Assembly: GCA_964016885.1 (NCBI GenBank)
Contig: OZ024742.1
Coordinates: 79,670,001-79,734,000 of the forward strand
DNA from: Eledone cirrhosa
Taxonomy: Eukaryota
Length of the DNA: 64,000 nt
Direction: 5' to 3'
The notes below the pieces were generated by a model. The model did no database searches. It worked only from the letters and a program-made list of their open reading frames with translations, and was not told the origin of the DNA. Positions 19,385 to 33,234 of the stretch are shown here, piece after piece (positions within the stretch are counted from its first letter, which is position 1; each line of letters opens with the position of its first letter). Position numbers and translations under genes: made by a program.

Positions 19385-20712
19385 TTAGATGCAACATTTT
19401 TGGAATGTTTTACATATTTTTACTGTTCCATTAATGGATTGTACTTGTAATTTCCTAACTAGTTGTGTTCTTTCTGTTCCTGTGAAGCCTAGCTTCTCAA
19501 GATTTGTATTGGGGCAGTTACTAACATATCCCAGTGCCCCAATAATCACAGGCATAAATCTGAAGGTGTAATCAGGGTGGAGTATCTGCAGATTTCTCAT
19601 CAGTTCTGCATAAATATTCTCCTTTTCACTAATCTTTGATATTATATTGGCATCTGCTGGGCAGCTAATTTCCACTACTGTGCATGTTTTCTTCTCCCTG
19701 TCCCATATCATAATATCTGGTCTGTTATGCCTGCATTTTATTGGGGTTTTTACTGGAACATTCCACCAGTACTCTTTCATATTATGTACATGGATGTCTT
19801 CCACATTATTGTAGCTTTTAATGTGTTTATTATCGGGGCTATCTTTTTTACGAACTGCATTGTACAGTGTTTTGGCCACTACATCATGCCTCATAGGTAG
19901 ATAGTACCGCGATGACATCTTTGGGCAGCTGCTGATGACATGGGTGATATTCTCGATGTTAGTTCTGCAGAGTCTGCACTTGTTATCACATCTAGGTGTT
20001 TTGCCTGCATCCCTAACTGTTTTGTGAATCAGGTATTTCGTGCTAATCTCCTGTTCTTGGATTGCAAAAGCGTATCCTTCAAAGTGGGAGCCAATATAGC
20101 GGTTGTTGGTCCAAGATAGACTAATTTCCTTATCTGTATTACTCTCACTTAGGAGCTTCCTGGCAACATATCCATGCATGATTTTTTGCTGATAGGTATG
20201 CAGTTTTTCATCCATGGATTCACTGCGATACTGCTGAGCGACATCCTTGGGTGTGATTTTTTGATTATCACACAGGGAATATGTCTCAAGGAGTTCCTTC
20301 CCAACTCTCATGATCTTATCTGTTTCATGCAGATAGACTTGCTCGAGAAGCGGACTCCTACGCTTCGAGGTTCGTAGATGTTGTCGGAGAGATATGATGC
20401 GACATTCAAATGTTGTCTGGACTGATGTTAGGCCTCTGCCTCCCTGCTTACGTTTCAAGTAAAGGCCGTCTATGTCACTGTTGATGTGGAAGTTTCCGGT
20501 GTTGTTCAGTATTTTTCGAGTTCCAACATCAACGGCTCGGATTTTATCTATCGTCCAATTGAGTATTCCAAACGTTGGTGTTAGGGCAGGCACAGAAAAC
20601 ATATTGTGAGCCACTGTTTTGTTTTGCGCAGTGAGTTCCGATGAACAGATCTTTCTTAATTGGGTGTAGTATTCCCTGATTACGCGTTCTTTATTACAGA
20701 TACCATTATAGG

Positions 20713-20715
<3 letters not shown>
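19385..20715 (-). mobile_element. 5'-truncated R4/Dong-like non-LTR retrotransposon (thumb, CCHC knuckle, RLE); open ORF at 19385-20614
   Basis: LYLKRKQGGRGL, AIQEQEI, CRLC...E...HVISSC, RHD, HNRPDIMIWD, VVEISCP, K...Y and PVIIGALG motifs. Abuts (ATGT)n. Confidence 0.9.
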
Positions 20716-20743
<28 letters not shown>

Positions 20744-20775
20744 TGTATGTATGTATGTATGTATGTATGTACGTA

Positions 20776-20806
<31 letters not shown>

Positions 20807-20837
20807 TGTATGTATGTATGTATATAAGTAAGTAACT

Positions 20838-21047
20838 ACTGATTCAGTTGTGACCGATGATGTTGATCATTTATTCTTTTCGTGTTATAGCTACTGTAGC
20901 TCGGAGAGTGGGATTGGCTTAGTGCACAGTCTTTCCTCACTTTAAAAAATATCTTCACGCACAGGCATTGCTCGATAGAATTAATTAAAAATTAATAATA
21001 ATGGTATATCGTGCAATGGCCATACTCGATAACGAGGGTGCAGCCAT
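20838..21047 (+). mobile_element. Truncated copy of a second RTE-derived subfamily
   Basis: Matches ~25250-25455 and ends ggccatactcgataacgagggtgcagccatc. Confidence 0.75.
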
Positions 21048-21569
21048 CATCATATAAGTAAGTATGTATGAATGTATGCATATAAGTAAGTATGTATGAA
21101 TGTATGTATATAAGTAAGTATGTATGAATGTTTGTATAAGGAATGCTTATATTGGCCCAGGTATGTTTGTGATATTTATTTGCCTGAAAGCCATTACGTC
21201 CCTTTCAATCTATTTTAATGTATATCTATACACATGCTTCTAGCTACGCGTACATGCCGCTGGTGACATCTTCTAGAATGTGTTATATATTACATATTAC
21301 TATAGTACTATGAGAGATTTGAAATCGTAATATCCTAAATTGCCGCCGGTTTTCTGCATTTTCGGTGAAACACAGTTACTCAAGATTTAACTAAAAGCAT
21401 TTAGTTCACAACGAAATATAAGCAAGGCTATCAGTCATTCATATATATGTTTATGTAAGCAGGGTTTGATGGGTGACAAAAGGGGCCCCCAAAAACTACA
21501 TTACCCGGTTCTCCCAGGGTCTAACTCCAGCCATGTATGTACGCATATGTCAATGTAAGTATGTGTGTT

Positions 21570-23490
21570 ATCTCTTTCTCTTAATTTCGAGTATATTTTT
21601 TGACCGGCCACCTTCCTGGTGGCAAGGTTGTAAAAGAAAAGAAATTGTCATCCCTTGAATCGCAAGAATGTTTTGCAAATTTTGAAGGTGCCAGCTATCG
21701 CAGCCATTTGTAGACTATGAATTAGGGAGCTGCGCTCTTTGTCCGCAAATCCAAGTTCAGTCATACTTTGGTCTAAGCGGGTTGGTATATAACCCGTAGC
21801 TCCAATAATGATGGGTATGAAGCTAAAGGTGTATCTTGGATACTGGATTTGTAAACTCCTCATCAATGGACCGTAGATGTCCTCCTTCTCCTGTATTTTC
21901 TGACAACGTTTACATCAAGTGGGCAGCTGATCTCCACAACAGAACACGTTTTCAATGTGTGGTCCCAAACAACAATATCAGGCCGGTTGTGCTTTAATTT
22001 GGTGGCAGTTTCTATTTTCAGGTCCCACCAGTATTCCTTAGTGCCATCTGTCTCAATATATTCTTCCTCGTTTGTTATTAATTTTGTTTTCCGAACTGCG
22101 TTTCAGATAGTTCTAGCTATCCCATCGTGTCTCATGGGGCGGTAGTAGCGAGATGACATTCTTTCGCAGCTGGCAACAATGTGGCTTACATCTTCGATCT
22201 TTGTTGTACATAGCCTACATTTATTGTCAGCTGATGGCTCTCCTCTTTTTTGCAGCAGATATTTGGTAGGGAGTTCTTGTTCCTGTATTGCATAGAGATA
22301 TCCCTCATGGTTTGATGTCATAAACTTGTCGGAACTCCATGCCAGGCTTTTTGAGTGGTTTATCCCGTCTATGGTCTGTGCTTTACATCTCAAGTATCCA
22401 TGCACAACTTTTTCTGTAAATAGGTCACTTCTTTCATCTTGTTTGAACATTGAATAGGATCTTCCGATTTCTCTGGGTGAGAGATTTATATCAGTCTTTA
22501 TTCCATATCTCTCCTCCAGATCAGTGGCTATCCTAATGATATTTTTTTTTCATGCTCATAAACCTGGGCAAGATGGTTGCCAACCTTTTCCCTCTGTTGA
22601 AGATGTTGCTTCAGTGTTACTATCCGGGTCTCATATGATGTTAATATGGATTTTAGACCACGGCCACCCTCCTTGCTTGAGAAGTATAGCCTATCCACAT
22701 CACCATTGATGTTAAAGTTCCCAGTAACACTGAGAAGTTTGCGAGTTCTAACATCCATCTCACTTAGTTCTTGCAATCACCAGTTTAGAAGGCCAAATGT
22801 AGGCCTTAGAATTGGCACCGCATAAGTATTGTGGGCAATGTATTTGTTGTACGCTGACAATTCTGATGACCATATTTTCTTTACTCCTCTGAGGTATTCA
22901 TTTCTGGTTCTCTCCTTATTTATGGGTCCATCATATCTGACATGCTCATCCTGTCCAAGATATCTGTAGTTGTCACCTGACTGTAGAGGTTGTATTGTCA
23001 GGCCGTTCATCTCTAGATTTCTATAGGAGGCCACAGCTCGTCCACGTTTTTCTGCCAAATATTTACACTTGGACTCACCAAATTTCATTTTGATGGCTGT
23101 TGAAAATTGTGTAATGAGATCCAATTGTTTCTTGATGTTATTGATATTTGGCCCATACAACTTCAGGTCATCAACAAAGAAAAGATGGGAGATACTTCTG
23201 GACCCACTTATTTGTCCACCTTGTTTCCTGAGTAGGTAAGATAGTGGATTTAGTGAGAGATTGAATAGTAGCACTGACAAGCTTTCACCCTGAAAGATGC
23301 CGTGCTGGTAATGTATCTTATCAGTCTTGACTTGCTCCTTCTCACCTATAAGGATCACATTGGTGTACCAGTTCTTGGTCAGACGTTCAACAGCAGCTAC
23401 CAGTGGTTGTGGGACTTTGGCTAACTGTAAAGCCTTAACAATTCATCCATGAGGTACACTATCAAATGCTTTTTGATAGTCCAGCCATGT
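21570..23490 (-). pseudogene. R4/Dong-like RLE retrotransposon with RT core, disrupted
   Basis: HGIFQGESLSVLLF, SHLFFVDDLKLY, YRYLG, EGGRGL, AIQEQE, CRLC and RPD motifs, with multiple stops and frameshifts. Confidence 0.9.
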
Positions 23491-23595
23491 ATGTATGTAT
23501 GTATGTCCAGCGTATGTATGTGTGTATGTATGTATGTATGTATGTATGTATGTATGTATGTATGTATGTATGTATGTATGTATGTATGTATGTAT

Positions 23596-25030
23596 GTCAG
23601 GTCACCAGTTGGTGCCACTGGTAACATGTATTCCAGTACAACCTGTCCCATGGTCGGGTCGTTGGCGACTAAACTGGCAACCCCACCAAGGTTTCTTGGT
23701 GAGGAGGGTGACTTTGGACATCCTGCAGGACTAAAAACAAAACCTGTCAAAGGGAAAAGGAGCTCTTAAGAGTCAATGGCCATCCGAAACAACCGGGAGA
23801 GATGACCCCTTAGCCTTTGTCAAGGCAGAATTATAGAATGAAAACTCTGATATAACACCTGCAACCCTGATGGTATCCAATAATATTGACTTGTTCTTCT
23901 TTTTGGTAAATATCATCTTGGTTAAGAGAGTGGGACTGGCTTTGTGCAATGCATTTGCTCACTATAAAAGCTTCACGGCACAGGCATTGCTTTATATATG
24001 GAGATCTCTCTGCACTTGTCGTCACATGGTACCAAAGGCCCAGTGACTGTGTGTCAATAATTGTCACAAGTGTAGTGTTTGTACCAGAGTTTTCATGTCG
24101 CTGGCTGGACTAAAAAGTCACACTCGTTCAGCGCATCGGTAGGGGTTCTCCTACATGGATATAAAGTAGTGGCCGTACTCGAAAACGAGTTGGCAGCCAC
24201 CATGTATATATATACGTCGGATCACTCTTGAGTGTTACTGGTAACATGTAACTCAGTACAATCTGTCGCATGGTTGGATCGTCGGCGACTAAACTGGCAA
24301 CCACGTGAAGTTTACTTGGTGAGGAGGGTGATTTTGGACACCCTGCAGGACGAAAAACAAAACCTGTCAAAGGGTAAAGGAGCTCTTTAGAGTCAATGCC
24401 CATCCGAAACAACCGGGAGGGATGACCCCTTAGCCTTTGTCAAGGCAGAATTCTAGGAGAAGGAAAACTCTGATATAACACCTGCAACCCTGATGGTATC
24501 CAATAATGTTGACTCGTTCTTCTTTTTGGTAAATATCATCTTGGTTAAGAGAGTGGGACTGGCTTTGTGCAGTGCATTTGCTCACTATAAAAGCTTCGCG
24601 GCACAGGCATTGCTTTATATATGGAGATCTCTCTGCACTTGTCGTCACATGGTACCATGGGCCCAGTGACTATGTGTCAATAATTGTCACAAGTGTAGTG
24701 TTTGTACCAGAGTTTTCAAGTTGCTGGCTGGACTAAAAAGTCACACTCGTTCAGCGTATCGGTAGGGGTTCTCCTACATGGATATAAAGTAGTGGCCGTA
24801 CTCGAAAACGAGTTGGCAGCCACCATGTATATATATACGTCGGATCACTCTTGAGTGTTACTGGTAACATGTAACTCAGTACAATCTGTCGCATGGTTGG
24901 ATCGTCGGCAACTAAACCGGCAACCACGTGAAGTTTACTTGGTGAGGAGGGTGATTTTGGACACCCTGCAGGACGAAAAACAAAACCTGACAAAGGACAG
25001 AAGAACTCACAAGAGTCAACGGCCATCCAA
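23596..25030 (+). mobile_element. Tandem ~600-bp RTE-derived elements (23596-24201, 24216-24824, partial 24839-25030)
   Basis: Same family; the last two copies have a variant 5' end (gtcggatcactcttgagtg). Confidence 0.88.
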
Positions 25031-25106
25031 AAGTGTGTAAATATGTATATATACATGTACATATGTATGTATATGTATATTCATGGGTGCATGTGTGTGT
25101 ATATGC

Positions 25107-25455
25107 GCGAGGACATAGAAATGGTCGGGCTGGACACCCGATCGTGCGGTTAAACCAGTGGGAGTGAAGGACCCCTAGCCTTTGTCAGGGTATTCTTCTA
25201 GGAGAAGGCAACTCAGGAAACTCGGATATCTCCAATATAAATCCTGCGGCTCAGTAGTTACCGATGATGTTGATCTTTTCTTCTTTTCAGGTTATAGCTA
25301 CTGTCGCTCAGAGAGTGGGATTGGCTCAGTGCACAGTCTTTCCTCACTTTAAAAAATATCTTCACGCACAGGCATTGCACGATGGAATTAATTAATAATT
25401 ATTAATAATGGTATATCGTGCAATAGCCATACTCGATAACCGCAAGGCAGCCATC
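25107..25455 (+). mobile_element. Second, shorter RTE-derived subfamily
   Basis: Shares gacccc-tagcctttgtca, gatgatgttga, gagagtggga, cacaggcattgc and the RTE 3' hairpin with the ~600-bp family. Confidence 0.7.
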
Positions 25456-26970
25456 ATGCATGTATGTATGGATGGATGAATGCATGGGAAGATGTACGTA
25501 TGTAGGTATTTATGTATGTTGTATATATGTATGTATTTATGTATGTGTGTATGTATTTATGTATGTGTGTATGTATTTATGTATGTGTGTATATATGTAT
25601 ATATGTATCTATGTGTGTATATATGTACGTGTGTATGTATATATGTACGTATGTATGTACGCACGTACTTACGTTTTGTGATAAAATTAACAATTTTGAC
25701 TCACATACAGAAGTGTAACAAGAGCATATTGGAAAGTATATCATCCCTAACATACGTGTGTTACGTATTGTAGAGCGCCGCGCTAAGTCGCCAGGAGTGG
25801 ATATATAGGGCTTTACCAAAAATTAAATGACAAGAGAAAAGAACTTCAAGTTAATATATATGTGCAAATTTCATTTAAGATAAAGTAATCCCCACGACGA
25901 AAATAATACTATAAAGACTGTCAATGACCTAAGATATTTATATTCTCAAATACAATTGAGTATTCCCATGCAACAATTAATCCTATAGTATGTTCTCCTG
26001 CAGAGTAGAAATATTGTAATAGTAAATGTAAGCATATAGATCTGACAGTATTTCAACTACTGCTGCAGTCTTCTAATAACGGTGCCAAACAACCTATACA
26101 CATCACAAATCTCCTTTATTTTATTAAAGTGATATCGCTAACACAAACCCCAGTATTTCTAGATACGATACAATATCATATGCTGTGAGACGGCGCCTGA
26201 GTTTTAAATAACGATCCAGTCTCATTCATTCTTAGTGAATAAATCACCTTTTAAAAGATATCTCTGGGAGACTTGCTTTTAAAACTAGTTATATACATGT
26301 TGACAATAATTCGTAATAACTTAAATTTCTAGACGCAATACTCTTGTAATTTAAACTTCCCCTGAAAGATTATTTAAAGAACGAATACCTAATGAATTCG
26401 CTATTATTCAATTGTGCGAAGGTTTATATTGAGATGAAACGAAATTTGAATTCAAACAAATTTGGAAATTCCAACAGTGACGAACTGTAACTTTAAATTC
26501 ATATAATTGAATTGAATAGTGTATAAGTGCACACTTTCTTTTCTTTGTACATCATAACGCATCTATTACACATACATACACATACACACGCATGATTTTC
26601 CACATAGGCTTACATACATACACACACATACAGACACAAATAGAGACATACACAAATACACATACACACACACACCAATATACATATATATCTTTGTGTG
26701 TATTTATCTATGTCTGAATATATGTATGCATACACGCATGTATGTGTATTTTCTTGTATGCATATTTACATTTTAACGATAAATTATTCTTTTCCTACTA
26801 AGTTGTTATCGAGTACTCGGCTAAACTTAGTCTTTGCTTTTCAACGAAGGATATCTAAAATGTAATCTAATCAATCTCCCTTAGTGTGTCTGGCATTTTT
26901 CTCGCACCCTCGCCCAACACGTATACTTGTAACTGGACGTTAAAGTCCCTAACTCTCCCTCCTCTCTCTA

Positions 26971-27015
<45 letters not shown>

Positions 27016-27109
27016 ATAATTATATATATATATATATTTTTTTTTCCCCTGGAAAAGGTAAAGGAACGAAGAGTGCTCTATATATATTACATAGCTAGAA
27101 ATGAAAGAT

Positions 27110-27178
27110 TTCTATCTGATGAACGGCTTCAGACGCTTGTTAGAATCATCTGACTTTGTGAAACCTTGGGTAATGGAA
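27110..27178 (+). ncRNA. Type-I hammerhead ribozyme
   Basis: ttctat CTGATGA acgg..tcaga...tctga..ttgt GAAACC ttg GGTA atggaa. Confidence 0.75.
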
Positions 27179-27233
27179 TAATTATATTATATTGTTCATT
27201 ACATATATATATATATATATATGTGTATATATA

Positions 27234-27392
<159 letters not shown>

Positions 27393-27437
27393 CGTAAAAT
27401 AAGAAAATTATAAAATTAACTTACTTACTAAAAAATC

Positions 27438-27520
27438 ACTTCCAACTAATTAGTTTCTGGAATGGAGTAAATATATTTTCCGAAGAAACATATAAAAAAT
27501 CATTCCGTCATCAGGAAAGT
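27438..27520 (-). ncRNA. Type-I hammerhead ribozyme
   Basis: Exact reverse complement of the motif at 28647-28729. Confidence 0.85.
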
Positions 27521-28120
27521 CTTTTTCCGTATAGGTCTCCAGGCATAGCGAGGAAACTGGAAACTTATTAAAAAAAATAATTCAGTGGAATGGAAATAGC
27601 AAAGCGTGGACTGGATTCCAACCCATTGAGAAAATCACTGCCTCCTCGTCTGTGGCAAATTCAAAAAGAATCAATCACGTGACATCGAGGTCAATCAGTG
27701 GAAAGCGAGTGGTTATTAAGACAGCGGCCAGCTTACTACCATAGTAGCAGTCATGGCCAAATATTGCTCGACAAATGAATTGGAGGTAATTATAAGGAAT
27801 TTATATCTAGTAGCATTTATATACACACAGATGCACATCAATGCTAGCAAATATATAGGTTTTGTCTTATTAACAATGTGGTTCAATGCATGGGGTTGCA
27901 GAACAATAATATGAGAGACATAAAATAAGAAAATTATAAAATTAACTTACTTACTAAAAAATCACTTCCAACTAATTTTGAATTTTCCACAGACGAAGAG
28001 GCAGTGATTTTCTCAATGGCTTGGAATCCAGTCCACGCTTTGCTATTTCCATTCCACTGAATTATTTTTTTAATAAGCTTCCAGTGTCCTCGCTCTGCCT
28101 GGAGACCTATACGGAAAAAG

Positions 28121-28203
28121 ACTTTCCTGATGACGGAATGATTTTTTATATGTTTCTTCGGAAAATATATTTACTCCATTCCAGAAACTAATGAGTTGGA
28201 AGT
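28121..28203 (+). ncRNA. Type-I hammerhead ribozyme (loop-III palindrome broken)
   Basis: actttc CTGATGA ... GAAAC taatga GTT ggaagt. Confidence 0.75.
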
Positions 28204-28646
28204 GATTTTTTAGTAAGTAAGTTAATTTTATAATTTTCTTATTTTACGTCTCTCATAGTATTGTTCTGCAACCCCATGCATTGAACCACATTGTTAATAA
28301 AACAAAACCTATATATTTGCTAGCATTGATGTGCATCTGTGTGTATATAAATGCTACTAGATATAAATTCCTTATAATTACCTCCAATTCATTTGTCGAG
28401 CAATATTTGGCCATGACTGCTACTATGGTAGTAAGCTGGCCGCTGTCTTAATAACCACTCGCTTTCCACTGATTGACCTCGATGTCACGTGATTGATTCT
28501 TTTTGAATTTGCCACAGACGAGGAGGCAGTGATTTTCTCAATGGGTTGGAATCCAGTCCACGCTTTGCTATTTCCATTCCACTGAATTATTTTTTTTAAT
28601 AAGTTTCCAGTTTCCTCGCTATGCCTGGAGACCTATACGGAAAAAG

Positions 28647-28729
28647 ACTTTCCTGATGACGGAATGATTTTTTATATGTTTCTTCGGAAAATATATTTAC
28701 TCCATTCCAGAAACTAATTAGTTGGAAGT
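28647..28729 (+). ncRNA. Type-I hammerhead ribozyme
   Basis: actttc CTGATGA c ggaatg...cattcc a GAAAC taatta GTT ggaagt, with palindrome AACTAATTAGTT. Confidence 0.85.
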
Positions 28730-31379
28730 GATTTTTTAGTAAGTAAGTTAAGTTTATAATTTTCTTAATTTACGTCTCTCATATTATTGTTCTGCAACCC
28801 CATGCATTGAACCACATTGTTAATAAGACAAAACCTATATATTTGCTAGCATTGATGTGCATCTGTGTGTATATAAATGTTACTAGATATAAATTCCTTA
28901 TATATATATATATATATATATATTATTTACGTAGACACTTGAGGGTATGTGTATAAACGCGTTTGCACCGTGTCGTATTAGTGACAGTATTGTATTAGCT
29001 CAACGTCCAAGAACATAGCCGTTATATGTAAAAGAAATCAAAGAACGCCTACATACACATACATTTTTTATTTACTGACAATGTTTCATCCATACCATTG
29101 GGCAGGAATCACCAGAGCTTTATAAACAAAAATACAGTACTGAGTATAAGCTCTACCATGCTTAGTCACATGAACATTATATATACAGTACAGGATAATA
29201 AGAGGGAGATCGGAAATGGAAAGGATGGAGAGAATGCGTAATGGGGTTGTTATTCAACATGAGGATATAGGCAGATTTTCTCACAAGAGGCGGAAGCACG
29301 TGAGGTCACACAGAAACAAATAAAGCATTTAACGATAGTAAAAAATATAATGATAATAAAGGAAAAGAAAAATAATAATATAAAAAGCCAGAGGAAGTTA
29401 TGCATTGGTCACTATATAGAGCAGGTGATTTAGTGTTCCATGACTTACAGTAATAGAAATACTAAGAGGCCCCTAAGGTACGTTCAGGATGTCCAAAGGG
29501 GATTGTGTTCCTCCCCATAGTATACATAATCAGGGTATACTAGTAGGTTACGGAATTACGTTCACCAGGGATGCTAAACCTGCACATAGACAGTCACCAC
29601 ATCAATACAAAGCGGGGTTAATGCATGATAAAGCTGAAGCAAATAATTCACAACACATATGGTTTAGTCCCTGTAAAAGACACATCTGGCGAGGAGTCAC
29701 AACATATGTAATTCCCCGTAAAAGTCAATCGATTCGATTTCATATGCCCCGATTAGCGAGGAGTTATAATATAAGTAGATCGTCCGTAGATGGTAATCCA
29801 GTCTAGAACTTACAACATATGTAGATCATCCGTAAAGTGTAATCCAGTCGCATTCATATGCTCACCAAAACATATCATCACATATAGTAACATGTGTTAC
29901 AGGCTGATGTTACACATCAAAAATCCTCACATGTTTAAAATCCCAGACCGCGATGTGCTATATGTCCAAGATGCAGCACCAAATTCCGTATAGCCAAATT
30001 CGTCACACCCAATCCAGCCGCGAGTGCGTCCAAATAATGCCAGGTTAAATGCAGCAGTGGTTCCCCGTTGACCAAACGTAGATTATCAATCAATACAACA
30101 CAGAAAATAACACAAAGTGCTCAAATCAGTAAATCCACCAGGCACCTCAGTATGTCCATTAGGTGAGGTCACACCCATACAGGCATACAATAATCATATA
30201 AGATATTTCACGTACACCGCAATAATCCCGGAACTCAACTCCGCAAAATATAAACATAGTCGCTACACAGTTCGTTCCAACTGCGATAGGTATATATACA
30301 CCAATTCATGACGTAGAAGGCACATACGGGTGTTACTCTATTCAGTCACCAAATAATGACGTTTCAATGGCAGAGAAAGGGGGACTACTTTGTCATGTCG
30401 TCTATGAGGCTATTTAATTCGAATTTAATTCAAATATAATCACCAACTGAATTATCACACTGAACCAATAAGATTCGTACAAATAAAGTCTATATTATTA
30501 TTATTGGACCTCCAGAGTTGTCAAGTGGGTCATACCAAAGACTATTAAATCGCGGTTAACGTAGGAAATGTCAATAAGCCGAAGATTAACTTTATTAATT
30601 CTATTATGGGGAAGTGTTTATACAGGGTCGGGTTCAAATAGATAGTATTATATATAGGTGCTACGGTAAAGGAAACTCTATTTAATCTCAAGCTCCAAGT
30701 ACGGTGTCCCTTACCCCGGCAGGAGTCGCATCTATTGACAAGTATGGGGAGCGGGAAGTGTACGCATGTCCCGCAGCAGGAACGGTCTATCAATGGAACC
30801 AGATACGCACATATGTGTCTGTGGGACCAAGCCATATGGGGCGAGTAGTTGAGTTACCTTCCGCATAATAGCTATGGGCTGTTATACTCGATATAGTACC
30901 ATCCGCCATCAAGGGGAGAACATTCTTGGGACGCTACGCTATCCATCATGGACCAAAAACTCAACAAATTAAATTTTGAATCCCTGACCCAAACGGGGGC
31001 AAGGCATACATACACTCACCAGTAACCCTCGAGTTGGGGGCTGATGGGTTGTGTTACTACCCAACCGCGGTGGCAATAGGGAAGCCACGAAGTGGAGGTC
31101 ACATGGGGGTCACCCCTGGGAACTTAGACGTCCGTACAGTAGGCTGGGTCACCGGAAACCAACCGATTGTTAAGAAACACACAAATGCAATGGAACAAAA
31201 TGCCCCATTGTCATTCAAAACTACATACTAAGGGTGGTCCACAGGAGGAAGCAAATTGGTTAAGGAAATAGGATTAAGGAGGCGGGAAGTTGAAAGAGTG
31301 CTACAGGGTTATTGAAGAGGGAGGAGTGATATCTCGGCGGATCTAGGTAATTGGCTTAAAGTGGTAAAAGGAACTAAGG

Positions 31380-31990
31380 TTCATGTGTATACAAGAAGAA
31401 AATATTTCTGATTTCCTATTGAGCAGGTTACATCTAGAGTATATTATGGCATGAGAGTCTAGAAGGCACATGTTACAAGTTTTGCTCGGGTGGCATTAGG
31501 GCGTAGATTTAGTCACCAATCTCTAATTAAGGGTATAATCAATACTACCATTTATAAAAAAATAAATATATTTAGCCAGGGAAGTGGTATTCCTGAGCCT
31601 ATCGTCTCTAAATGTATATTTGTGGTAGTTGTATCAAGTCTTAAATGAGGTAGAAGTAGATCCCACTTATGTTTTAGTGGAGGTTGCCGTTACAACATCA
31701 CATGCATAAACTATGTTTCTCATGAGGCAATTGCTCTTCAAAGGGCAATTTTCTCTCGGTCTACAATTACAATTTCGGTGTGAGTTGCTGTTCGTGTCTT
31801 GGGAGGGCTGGTTGGTAATACTTTCCCGATATGATATTTGTTCTTCCGAGGTTGTTGCTGCCACCATCAGGCAACTCATTTCCCAATGTGTTAGGTTGTT
31901 GGTGGTTATTTACAGATTTGATGGTGTCGAACCCTACTCTAATTTTCATATTATTAGTGCGTGTTAGGTGGTAGGCGAAGTTTTGGGTAG
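31380..31990 (-). pseudogene. PLE Cys linker + GIY-YIG endonuclease remnant
   Basis: CNCRPRENCPLKSNC..NIVYAC....*VGSTSTSFK, TSLAKY and KTCNMC motifs, with stops and frameshifts. Confidence 0.85.
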
Positions 31991-33091
31991 TCTGGTGGAA
32001 TTACTGATTTGAGCAATTTGTAAATTTTTTTTATTTTGTATTGATTGTTAATCCACGTGCTGTGCGCGTTTGGTCAACGGGGAACTACTGTTGCATTTAA
32101 CCTGGCATTATTTGGACGCACTCGCGGCTGGATTGGGTGTGACGAATTTGGCAATATGGAATTTGGAGCTGCAACATGGACATAAGGCACATCGCGGTCT
32201 GGGATTTTAAACATGTGCGGATTTTTGATGTGTAACATCAGCCTGTAACACATGTTACTATATGTGATGATATGTTTTGGTGAGCATATGAATGCGACTG
32301 GATTACACTTTACGGATGATCTACATATGTTGTAAGTTCTAGACCGGATTACCATCTACGGAGGATCTACTTATATTATAACTCCTCGCTAATCGGGGCA
32401 TATGAAATCGATTCGATTGACTTCTACGGTGGATTACATATGTTGTGACTCCTCGCCAGATGTGCCTTTTGCAGGGACTAAACCATATGTGTTGTGTTTT
32501 ATTTGCTTCAGCTTGATCATGCATTAACCTCGCTTTGTTTGTGTTTGGCTTGTATTGATGTGGTGACTGTCTATGTGCAGATTTAGCACCCCTGGTGCAC
32601 GTAATTCCGTAACCTACTAGTATACCCTGATTATGTATACTATGGGGAGGAATACAATCCTCTTTGTACTTGCTGAAAGTACCTTAGGGGCCTCTTAGTA
32701 TTTCTCTTACTGTAAGTCATGGAACACTAAATCACCTGCTCTATATAGTGACCAACGCATAACTTCCTCTGGTTTCTGTGTGCTTTAATGTTTTTAATTA
32801 TTTATTTATCTTTTTATATTATTATTTTTCTTTGGCTTTATTATCATTATATTTTTAACTATCGTTAAATGCTTTATTTCTTTCTCTGTGCCTTCACGTG
32901 CTTCCGCCTCTTGTGAGAAAATCTGCCTATATCCTCATATGTAGCTATAATGTTGAATAACAAGCCCATTACGCATTCTCTCCATCCTTTTAATTTCCGA
33001 TCTCCCTCTTATTATCCTGTACTGTATATCTAATGTTCATGTGACTAAGCTTGATAGACCTTATACTCAGCACTGTATTTTTGTTTATATA

Positions 33092-33136
33092 GCTCTGATG
33101 AATCCTGCCCCATGGTATGGATGAAACATTGTCAGC
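33092..33136 (+). ncRNA. Minimal type-I hammerhead ribozyme
   Basis: gct CTGATGA atcc...ggat GAAAC att GTC agc. The partner at 29074-29118(-) has a mutated CTGGTGA core. Confidence 0.85.
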
Positions 33137-33180
33137 AAATAAAAATTATATGAGTATGTAGGCGTACTTTGATTTCTTTT

Positions 33181-33229
<49 letters not shown>

Positions 33230-33234
<5 letters not shown>

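Larger units (their letters stand above)
29027..33183 (-). mobile_element. 5'-truncated Penelope-like element with ~1.1-kb inverted pLTRs
   Basis: 29027-30141 is inverted relative to ~31992-33183. HHRs lie near both outer ends, a GIY-YIG remnant lies inside, and the flanks are (TA)n-rich. Confidence 0.85.
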
